IMG/VR virus record: IMGVR_UViG_3300005099_000139
Span: 1-6,177 of that record
Length of the DNA: 6,177 nt
Direction: 5' to 3' (one strand)
DNA from: a virus
Within the stretch, counting starts at the first letter, position 1, and every line of letters starts with the position of its first letter. Positions 1 through 5,212 of this stretch are shown in pieces. The position numbers and the translations under genes were made by a program. The notes under the pieces are model-generated. The model made no database searches and was not told the origin of the DNA. It was given only the letters and a program-made list of their open reading frames with translations.

Positions 1-91
1 AGAAGCCAATTTCGCACCATAAGGACGATGCAAATGATAATGCTCACCTACAAGATCAAGTACAAAAGCATTCAAGAATCTAGGTGATTGG
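1..91. repeat. Terminal redundancy, left copy (identical to 6087-6177), marking circular permutation
   Basis: Base-by-base comparison of both window ends gave 91/91 identity. The repeat runs to the window edges, so its length is set by the window rather than by biology. Confidence 0.95.
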
Positions 92-708
92 GTAATAAAC
101 CAAATATCATGCCCTGTATGACGATGTACCTGTAATTTTTGGACAATTTCATCTTTGTTTGACTGAGTACCCGATCTATAGCGTTCATGCTGCTGTGCTT
201 CATCATAATAAACAATAGAGCCGTCAGGCGTAGTACGCCAATCGTCAGGCGTTTTTAAAACGTGATCAACTTTAAGACCGTTAATGTCTGCATATTGCTG
301 GCGTACATCTAAAATATGCTCAAGTTTTAAATCAAGCTGATTATTAATTAAATTTAAGATGAGGTTATAAATAACCGTATCGTAAAAATATGATTCATAT
401 CGCTGTTCTAATGAAAAACCGCTAAAAGACTGAAACGAATCAAACAAGGTTGAAACAGTAATATTAGTCTGATCATATTCAGCTAAAGCGTTTCTCATAT
501 CTTCATAAACTTTCTGATCTCCATCAAAATCAGAAACGTTAATGAAAATCTGCTTATCACAATTATTTTCTATTTTCTCAAAGTTACGGTTAAAGATATG
601 TGGATTGAGTTTTAAATGCTTGGCATTGCTTTTTTCGCGTTCAACAATTGTATGAACTGCAAATAATGTTTTTCCGCTTCCTGGTGTGCCTGTTGTGAGT
701 ACGATCAT
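1..708 (-). CDS. Zot/pI-like assembly ATPase, N-terminal 236 codons (continues at 6086..5367; 475 aa in total)
   Basis: ATG at 708-706 is preceded by AAGGA (GAAGGATAATTATTATG). Hand translation gives MIVLTTGTPGSGKTLFAVHTIVE, with Walker A GTPGSGKT. It also gives SIVYYDEAQ (Walker B) and VHRHTGHDIWFITQSPRF, the pattern typical of Zot/pI P-loop NTPases. The frame is open to base 1. Confidence 0.9.
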   Translation of the reverse strand, partial: MIVLTTGTPGSGKTLFAVHTIVEREKSNAKHLKLNPHIFNRNFEKIENNCDKQIFINVSDFDGDQKVYEDMRNALAEYDQTNITVSTLFDSFQSFSGFSLEQRYESYFYDTVIYNLILNLINNQLDLKLEHILDVRQQYADINGLKVDHVLKTPDDWRTTPDGSIVYYDEAQQHERYRSGTQSNKDEIVQKLQVHRHTGHDIWFITQSPRFLNAFVLDLVGEHYHLHRPYGAKLAS

Positions 709-721
709 AATAATTATCCTT

Positions 722-772
722 CATAACTTTGGCGTGATGTGCGTTCACGGAACGCCACACGCCAAAGTTATG
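722..772. other. Compound hairpin at the pVI-like/pI junction: 15-bp outer stem and 6-bp inner stem
   Basis: CATAACTTTGGCGTG (722-736) is the exact reverse complement of CACGCCAAAGTTATG (758-772). Inside it, GCGTTC (741-746) pairs with GAACGC (750-755) around a 3-nt loop. The element overlaps the pVI-like stop codon (768-770) and ends 14 nt before the Zot RBS region. Confidence 0.8.
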
Positions 773-1055
773 CTGTTACTTTTTTCAGTCCGAGATTCAT
801 AGCTTCCATCGTTGCGCGAGCGATTAAAGCACCGATTAAAATTGAGATAGCGACATCAGCACCCGACAAACCTAGAAACGCCATAGCACTTGATGCACCA
901 GTAGACATTCCAGAAAGTGCTTTATTTATATAAACATTGATAATGCTTAAAATAATTTGACTTGAAACAATCGCAAGGCCAGCACCTACCAAAATTCGCT
1001 TTAATGCTGAACCTAGAACAAATCCAATAATCCAATATAGGAATCTTAAAATCAT
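768..1055 (-). CDS. pVI-like minor coat / membrane protein (95 aa)
   Basis: The ATG at 1055 overlaps the pIII-like stop (ATGA at 1055-1052). The protein is very hydrophobic with several predicted TM segments. Its position between the pIII-like and pI-like genes matches gene VI of Ff-type phages. The call rests on position and composition only. Confidence 0.6.
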   Translation of the reverse strand: MILRFLYWIIGFVLGSALKRILVGAGLAIVSSQIILSIINVYINKALSGMSTGASSAMAFLGLSGADVAISILIGALIARATMEAMNLGLKKVTA

Positions 1056-2515
1056 TCGCTTGACCCCCTAGACAGACCCATAACGATATAAGCACCAATG
1101 AGATAAGCGATAGCGATAACAAAAGGCCTAATCATGCTCATGAATTGACAAAGTGGCTGATATGAAAATTCGAGATTTTGAGTTGAACCCATAAAAGAAA
1201 CGGTAAACTGTTCACCAGCAGGACAACCATTAATAAAAGTGATTCTTTGCGTTTCATCTACCTGTATGTTTTGTTCTTCAGGTGTAATTTCGCCACTGTT
1301 ATCATTGCCCTGATCCGAACCCTGCTGATCTAAAAAAGCCCTGATTTCATCAAAGAAACCTAAAGTTTCATCAAAGAATTCCCTAGCACGATTAAAGAAG
1401 CTTTTTGTTTCTGCATAATGTTCTGCATCTTGTTCTTTGATTTCTTGCAAGCGTTCTAAATGCTGATCTAACTTTTGTTTTAATACGTCATTATTTGCAT
1501 TGTAATCAGTACGCCAATCCTTCCAGTCAAGATACCAATTACAGACTTGGACAGACCAATCACAGAATTCTGGAAATTCTACTGGTGGGTATTGTTCCGA
1601 CGGTGTGCCTTGTTCAGGATCAAAATTGTCTAACCATAGACGCAATTCATCATAAAACTGTTTATCTTGTTGTTTTACCTGTTCAAGCGTTAATGAATTG
1701 TTTTGGATAGCTTCCTTAATAGCTTCCTGCTTTGAATTGATTTCTGTTAATTGTTCCTTAGAATCCAAAGATAAACGCTTTAATTCTTCGCGATCTAAAT
1801 TTGCTTTTTCTTCATTGGCTGCATAGTCATTTGACCACTGTTGCCATTCTTTGTGCCATTGGCACATTACAGAAGCCCATTCACAAAATGCAGGCCATTC
1901 TGTAGGAGGAGGAGGAGGATCACCAGCATTTGGATCTTGAGTACAACGACCATTTACCATGATTTGACCAGCAGGACACTGATCATCACGCGGCATACAA
2001 TTACCATTTAAATCTAAGGCTTGACCAGCAGGACATTGTTTCTTTTGACATTGACCATTTACAAGAGTTTCACCAACAGGACATTTTTTAGGCTGACATT
2101 TTCCATTAGCATCTTTCTCATAGCCAGAAGGACAAGTTGTACAAGATTCATCATAATTATTATTTTTAACTTTTTGCGTAGCTAGAGAAAAATTTCCCAA
2201 ATAAGAATCTTTACCAGTATATTTAAATTGGCAAGTTGTACCAGTAATTTCAGTAAGAACAAACTCTGTATTTGAAGCTGCTTTATGTTGTTGCATACTA
2301 AAATTACAAGCTTGTGCAACTGTTTTAAACTGACCACCATAATAAGGACTAGTATAATATTCAACACCTAAACATTGATCTTCTGCCCAAGAACCGCCCG
2401 CACCACCACCACCAAAAGAACCACCAGCAGCAAAACTTTGACTTGATAAAAAGACTAATATCAAGACCGCAACATAATTAATAAAGCGAGTACAAATATT
2501 ATTACTATTAGCCAT
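1052..2515 (-). CDS. pIII-like adsorption/minor coat protein (487 aa from ATG 2515)
   Basis: There is a signal peptide MANSNNICTRFINYVAVLILVFLSSQSFA followed by a Gly-rich tract GGSFGGGGAGGS. Four CPxG..NGxC repeats, a PPPPP run and two Trp/Cys-rich repeats follow. The C terminus is a membrane anchor, MIRPFVIAIAYLIGAYIVMGLSRGSSE. The gene sits immediately after the major coat gene and its terminator. The ORF-track extension to 2635 begins at TTG and overlaps the coat gene. Confidence 0.75.
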   Translation of the reverse strand: MANSNNICTRFINYVAVLILVFLSSQSFAAGGSFGGGGAGGSWAEDQCLGVEYYTSPYYGGQFKTVAQACNFSMQQHKAASNTEFVLTEITGTTCQFKYTGKDSYLGNFSLATQKVKNNNYDESCTTCPSGYEKDANGKCQPKKCPVGETLVNGQCQKKQCPAGQALDLNGNCMPRDDQCPAGQIMVNGRCTQDPNAGDPPPPPTEWPAFCEWASVMCQWHKEWQQWSNDYAANEEKANLDREELKRLSLDSKEQLTEINSKQEAIKEAIQNNSLTLEQVKQQDKQFYDELRLWLDNFDPEQGTPSEQYPPVEFPEFCDWSVQVCNWYLDWKDWRTDYNANNDVLKQKLDQHLERLQEIKEQDAEHYAETKSFFNRAREFFDETLGFFDEIRAFLDQQGSDQGNDNSGEITPEEQNIQVDETQRITFINGCPAGEQFTVSFMGSTQNLEFSYQPLCQFMSMIRPFVIAIAYLIGAYIVMGLSRGSSE

Positions 2516-2543
2516 GACATTATATTTCCCCAAGTTTAAATTT

Positions 2544-2573
2544 AAAAAAGGACGATCCGAAGAACGCCCTTTC
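2544..2573 (-). terminator. Rho-independent terminator downstream of the major coat gene
   Basis: The minus-strand RNA is AAGGGCGUUC-UUCG-GAUCGUCCUU followed by a U run. The stem has one G.U pair and one U.U mismatch and closes on a UUCG tetraloop. It lies 22 nt after the coat stop, the same placement as the terminator after gene VIII in Ff phages. Confidence 0.75.
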
Positions 2574-2594
2574 TTGAAACGCTCACAAGCCGAA

Positions 2595-2807
2595 TTACAT
2601 CGCTCGGCGAATAAGTTTCCAGCCCTTGATACCAACCAAAATCAAGAGAATTGCAGCACCAATAGCAGCGATTGGAGCAGCCAAACCCGAAATTTCAGAA
2701 ACGATTTCAGTTGTTTCAATTGCAGCATTTGAAGCACTGGCAGCCATTAACGCACCAGCACCAATACCAGCAGGCAGGAAACGGTTTTTATTGGTTTTTA
2801 GATTCAT
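2595..2807 (-). CDS. pVIII-like major coat protein precursor (70 aa; predicted mature form ~42 aa)
   Basis: A strong RBS precedes the start (AAAAAGGAGATTCACATG). The leader MNLKTNKNRFLPAGIGAGALMAASASNA ends in an SxA site. The mature part has an acidic N terminus (AIETTEIVSEIS), a hydrophobic core (GLAAPIAAIGAAILLILVGI) and a basic C terminus (KGWKLIRRAM), the classic inovirus coat layout. Confidence 0.82.
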   Translation of the reverse strand: MNLKTNKNRFLPAGIGAGALMAASASNAAIETTEIVSEISGLAAPIAAIGAAILLILVGIKGWKLIRRAM

Positions 2808-2822
2808 GTGAATCTCCTTTTT

Positions 2823-3002
2823 TTACTTGAGAATTGAAGCAAGCTTTTTAAATCCCCATGCAGCAACAAGTACAAGACCTATCGCTACACAAAGTTGCCC
2901 CGCTTGTTCAACAGAAATATCGGGCAATCCGAGAAAGCCCACCTGTACCCAGTGGAGACACTGATTTGTAATTTCATCAATTTGGGTACATTGGTAAGCC
3001 AT
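2823..3002 (-). CDS. Small membrane protein (59 aa), candidate minor coat in the pVII/pIX position; absent from the ORF track
   Basis: Hand translation gives MAYQCTQIDEITNQCLHWVQVGFLGLPDISVEQAGQLCVAIGLVLVAAWGFKKLASILK. The RBS is AAGGA (CTAAAAGGATTTTAAAAAATG) and the stop TAA is at 2825-2823. The gene fills the gap between the ssDNA-binding candidate and the coat gene. Its C-terminal half has a hydrophobic core and a basic tail. Confidence 0.55.
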   Translation of the reverse strand: MAYQCTQIDEITNQCLHWVQVGFLGLPDISVEQAGQLCVAIGLVLVAAWGFKKLASILK

Positions 3003-3021
3003 TTTTTAAAATCCTTTTAGC

Positions 3022-3288
3022 CTAAGCAACAAGCGGAAGACCGTCAGAGCCAGTAATCCGCATAATAGACTGTTTCTTTGTAACAAGTAAACGTACAGGT
3101 ATTGTAAACTCATTACCAATATATTTTTTATATTCAGGAATCATAAACTCATGTTCTTTCGAAACCATGATTTGGACAGAACAGGGAACATCTTTACCAA
3201 GCCCCATATCATACTTAGTTGATTCAAATACTAAATTATTAAAATCACCCGTCTTTACATCAATTAAAACAGCTTTGAAGATATCCAT
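3022..3288 (-). CDS. Candidate ssDNA-binding protein (pV-like, 88 aa)
   Basis: The size (Ff gVp is 87 aa) and the position, downstream of rep and upstream of the coat genes, fit pV. The composition looks soluble. I could not verify any sequence motif by eye, and the RBS is weak. Confidence 0.5.
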   Translation of the reverse strand: MDIFKAVLIDVKTGDFNNLVFESTKYDMGLGKDVPCSVQIMVSKEHEFMIPEYKKYIGNEFTIPVRLLVTKKQSIMRITGSDGLPLVA

Positions 3289-3302
3289 GCTAAATTACCA
3301 TT

Positions 3303-3375
3303 TATGTTTACTTTGAAATATGTAAACATAAAAAAAATATGTTGTAAACAAGTATATTTGGCACAGGAGTAAACA
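3303..3375. promoter_or_regulatory. Cluster of GTAAACA / TGTAAACA motifs (candidate operators) in the divergent control region
   Basis: TATGTTTAC (3303-3311) and GTAAACATA (3322-3330) form a 9-bp inverted repeat. Further direct copies are TGTAAACA at 3343-3350 and GTAAACA at 3369-3375. Direct copies are spaced about 22-25 bp apart. The same octamer occurs at 4725-4732. Confidence 0.55.
3313..3343 (+). promoter_or_regulatory. Possible sigma70-type promoter for the plus-strand 65-aa gene
   Basis: TTGAAA (3313-3318) and TATGTT (3338-3343) are separated by a suboptimal 19-nt spacer. A GTAAACA motif lies in the spacer and more copies lie just downstream. This is the weakest call here. Confidence 0.25.
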
Positions 3376-3377
3376 AA

Positions 3378-3575
3378 ATGGTATTAAAAATGATCAAAAT
3401 GTTACGAATCAAAGAAGTACAGAGCGAAAATCTTCGAAAAAAGTGCATAGAAATTAATAAATTATTAATATCTATGAATAAAGAACCCCTCAAAGATAGT
3501 GAAATCGCTCACAAAATTTTAGACATAGGTATAAAAAGCATCTTTGTTAATAAATACGGAGAACTAGAAATGTAA
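3378..3575 (+). CDS. Small plus-strand protein (65 aa), candidate transcriptional regulator, possibly ribbon-helix-helix-like
   Basis: The ATG follows GGAG at 8-nt spacing (CAGGAGTAAACAAAATG). The composition is charged and helical. The pattern KMLRIKEV, then a helix, then ..KDSEIAHKILDIG, resembles the strand-helix-(S/T)E-helix layout of Arc/CopG-type repressors. It is the only gene opposed to all others, is convergent with rep, and overlaps the rep 3' end by 12 nt. Confidence 0.55.
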   Translation: MVLKMIKMLRIKEVQSENLRKKCIEINKLLISMNKEPLKDSEIAHKILDIGIKSIFVNKYGELEM

Positions 3576-4643
3576 TTCTTCACAAACGTCTATGAAATAA
3601 TCAAAAATAGCAAAATCATCATCACATCCAGTAGGGCGAGAGTAAGATAAATAATTCTGCATATCAAAAGCAGGAATATTTTTAGAATCAAAAGAATAAA
3701 GATCAGATGCAAAAGAAAATTGATCAAGATCATAGTGATAAAACATAGATACTGAAACAGGCATCTTATTGGGGTACATTTGCTTATATTTATCTAATTC
3801 AGTTATATCAACAACAGATCCAAAGCCTTTCCACTTCAAAACACGAGAATTATGATCAAAATGCCAAGGGGATGAAAAACCCTTTAAGGTGACACGATCC
3901 ACCCAATAACAACCAAACTTTTTAACACCGTTATTAATATCAAATAATTCACGAACCCAGGAAGGCGCACAAAGCCATATTTTAGAAATACGCATAGGAA
4001 CAGTTAGACCACCAGAACCATGCAACCGCGCATTTTTAGGAATTTTACCGTAAGACTGGGGATCAATACCCTTAGATGTATATTTGCAAAGATAACCAAC
4101 AGGTTTACGCGCCCAAACGCTGTTAGTCATGCCATGTTTCCACCATCCTTGTTTGTCAGCCTTGGGCATAGTGTGACCTTTAGGAATCCACCACATGACA
4201 TGATAATGGGGAACACCCTTTTTAGTTAATTCCATAACCCAAATATAATGAACAGAAAGACCCTTTCTTTTAGCCCATTGTTTAACACACTTAACATACT
4301 CAGTAACATGCTTAGGAGACCAATCAACATCAGGACGATAAGTCAAAGTAACCATTGCAGGCTTCATTCTTTGATTGAAAGCCTTAATTTTTTCTTCAAC
4401 AACTTCAGCAGTAACACGAACAGATTTTTGAAGACGCTTTAAACGCAAATAATCTTGAGAAGGCAACTCAATTTGATAAGGCGTGTCACTTGTTAATATA
4501 GAGACAAGCCCAGTGTCACGTAATTCAGATTTTATATTTTTAGCAGAAACGCGCGAAGAAGCAGCAGAAAGATTTTTTAAAAACGAAACATCAACAGGAT
4601 TACTAAGATCCAAAGCAGAAACAACTTGATTCATCGTAGACAC
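3564..4643 (-). CDS. HUH rolling-circle replication initiator (Rep), 359 aa from GTG 4643 or 356 aa from ATG 4634
   Basis: RCR motif 1 is MVTLTYR (4335-4355). The HUH motif is PHYHVMWW, with H-Y-H codons at 4200-4208. The catalytic Tyr motif is VGYLCKYTSK, of the Y-x3-Y type, at 4080-4094. This is the largest cytoplasmic protein and sits at the head of the operon. Confidence 0.85.
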   Translation of the reverse strand: MSTMNQVVSALDLSNPVDVSFLKNLSAASSRVSAKNIKSELRDTGLVSILTSDTPYQIELPSQDYLRLKRLQKSVRVTAEVVEEKIKAFNQRMKPAMVTLTYRPDVDWSPKHVTEYVKCVKQWAKRKGLSVHYIWVMELTKKGVPHYHVMWWIPKGHTMPKADKQGWWKHGMTNSVWARKPVGYLCKYTSKGIDPQSYGKIPKNARLHGSGGLTVPMRISKIWLCAPSWVRELFDINNGVKKFGCYWVDRVTLKGFSSPWHFDHNSRVLKWKGFGSVVDITELDKYKQMYPNKMPVSVSMFYHYDLDQFSFASDLYSFDSKNIPAFDMQNYLSYSRPTGCDDDFAIFDYFIDVCEELHF

Positions 4644-4669
4644 CGATTTAAAATACGTTTAGACACCGA
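4637..4669. repeat. Two direct copies of TAGACACCGA, 23 bp apart, spanning the rep start codon and 5' UTR
   Basis: Exact 10-mers lie at 4637-4646 and 4660-4669. On the minus strand each reads TCGGTGTCTA. The first copy overlaps the GTG/ATG start region of rep. Confidence 0.7.
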
Positions 4670-4702
4670 AGCCTAAAGAACGCCAATTCTTTAGGCTTTT
4701 TT
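4669..4702 (+). terminator. Perfect 12-bp hairpin followed by a T run, with plus-strand intrinsic-terminator geometry; on the minus strand it is a 5'-UTR stem-loop of rep
   Basis: AAGCCTAAAGAA (4669-4680), loop CGCCAA, TTCTTTAGGCTT (4687-4698), then TTTT on the plus strand. On the minus strand the stem is followed by CGGTGTC, which is not a U tract. Confidence 0.6.
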
Positions 4703-4730
4703 ATTATACATAGAAAAGTAAACCTGTAAA
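4703..4730 (-). promoter_or_regulatory. Near-consensus sigma70 promoter upstream of rep
   Basis: The minus strand reads TTTACA (4730-4725), a 16-nt spacer, then TATAAT (4708-4703). The predicted transcription start is near 4696. The -35 box is embedded in TGTTTACA, the reverse complement of the TGTAAACA motif. Confidence 0.65.
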
Positions 4731-4753
4731 CAGATTACATAGGCACAGATACA

Positions 4754-5032
4754 CTATACGAAATCAGTCTTTTTAAAATTAGGATTAATATTAGTAATAA
4801 ATTGAAGTGCTGCATCACGGCCATCAAATACATATCGATAATAATCGTGTGTTTCCATGACATAAAACCAAGTCTGACCAACCAAAAACTTACAAACATA
4901 TAATTCATGAGAATCAATATAAGCTTGAGTTATGTTGTGATGAATTGCTGATGATTCACGGTCTAAAATTCTTACCAACTCATAAGAATCTGATTGCAAA
5001 AATAATTCTTGTGATCTTTTAGAAATACTCAT
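4754..5032 (-). CDS. Hypothetical protein (92 aa), no recognisable family
   Basis: The ATG follows GGAG (CTGGAGAAAACAATG). The composition looks soluble. The ORF fills the space between the small-ORF cluster and the rep promoter. The overlapping ORF 4735..4917 in another frame looks like a shadow. Confidence 0.6.
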   Translation of the reverse strand: MSISKRSQELFLQSDSYELVRILDRESSAIHHNITQAYIDSHELYVCKFLVGQTWFYVMETHDYYRYVFDGRDAALQFITNINPNFKKTDFV

Positions 5033-5062
5033 TGTTTTCTCCAGTGGCTATTATCATTCGAC

Positions 5063-5088
5063 GAAAATGGGAACCCCAACCCATTTTC
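5063..5088. other. 9-bp perfect hairpin in the 93-bp non-coding gap
   Basis: GAAAATGGG (5063-5071) pairs with CCCATTTTC (5080-5088) around an 8-nt C/G-rich loop. No clear U tract follows on either strand. Confidence 0.6.
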
Positions 5089-5125
5089 TAAAACCTACCG
5101 ATATAAAGCATATGGGAGCTTGTAA

Positions 5126-5212
5126 TCAGGAAGGAAAAAACAACTTAAAATCTATGTAAATCAGTAAAGCTATGACAACGATACCCGCACCAAAACAAGC
5201 AATTAAACGCAT
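5126..5212 (-). CDS. Tiny single-pass membrane ORF (28 aa)
   Basis: Hand translation gives MRLIACFGAGIVVIALLIYIDFKLFFPS. The ATG overlaps the upstream stop (TAATG), AAGGAA lies 8 nt upstream, and the stop TGA is at 5128-5126. Confidence 0.4.
   Translation of the reverse strand: MRLIACFGAGIVVIALLIYIDFKLFFPS

Noticed and set aside
1-91. The 91-bp terminal repeats as LTR/IS-type ends or prophage att duplications
   Set aside because: They are direct and lie inside the Zot coding sequence. Joining them restores one continuous ORF, so they reflect circular permutation or window overlap rather than element boundaries.
739-933. Plus-strand 64-aa ORF
   Set aside because: It is a shadow ORF antisense to the pVI-like gene and starts inside the 722-772 hairpin. 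I found no RBS.
922-1122. Minus-strand 66-aa ORF overlapping the pIII-like/pVI-like junction
   Set aside because: It is an alternative frame across two well-supported genes that are already joined by an ATGA overlap.
1495-1710. Plus-strand 71-aa ORF
   Set aside because: It is antisense to the pIII-like gene, with no independent support.
2182-2367. Minus-strand 61-aa ORF
   Set aside because: It is an out-of-frame overlap entirely inside the pIII-like gene.
2519-2524. Perfect TATAAT hexamer on the minus strand just upstream of the pIII-like ATG
   Set aside because: It lies only 3 nt from the start codon and has no -35 partner at suitable spacing. It cannot serve this gene unless the mRNA is leaderless, and there is no support for that.
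2516-2635. 5' extension of the pIII-like ORF (ORF track gives 527 aa starting at 2635)
   Set aside because: The 'M' is a TTG codon with no RBS. The extension overlaps the 3' end of the coat gene and spans the intrinsic terminator. The signal peptide begins at the ATG at 2515.
2514-2811. Plus-strand ORFs 2514..2732 and 2626..2811
   Set aside because: Both are antisense shadows of the coat gene and the pIII 5' region. The second is an Ala/Ile-rich mirror of the coat hydrophobic core.
3285-3312. Possible dif-like XerC/D attP site (TTATGTTTACT resembles the XerD arm TTATGTTAAAT)
   Set aside because: The adjoining sequence (CCATGCTAAAT plus spacer TACCAT) has no resemblance to a XerC arm (..GCGCATAA / ..TCGCATAA). 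The match is better explained as one arm of the GTAAACA inverted repeat. I found no other dif-like site by eye.
3308-3493. Minus-strand 61-aa ORF antisense to the 65-aa plus-strand gene
   Set aside because: It has a TTG start and no RBS. Its translation is low-complexity Ile/Phe/Leu/Asn-rich, typical of AT-rich non-coding frames, and it runs through the operator-repeat region. The plus-strand ORF has ATG plus GGAG and a protein-like composition. This remains the less certain of the two choices.
4020-4442. Plus-strand ORFs 4020..4229 and 4248..4442
   Set aside because: Both are antisense to the motif-bearing core of rep, with no RBS or promoter evidence.
4735-4917. Minus-strand 60-aa ORF
   Set aside because: It is an alternative frame inside the 92-aa ORF that runs into the promoter region. 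Its composition is hydrophobic and junk-like.
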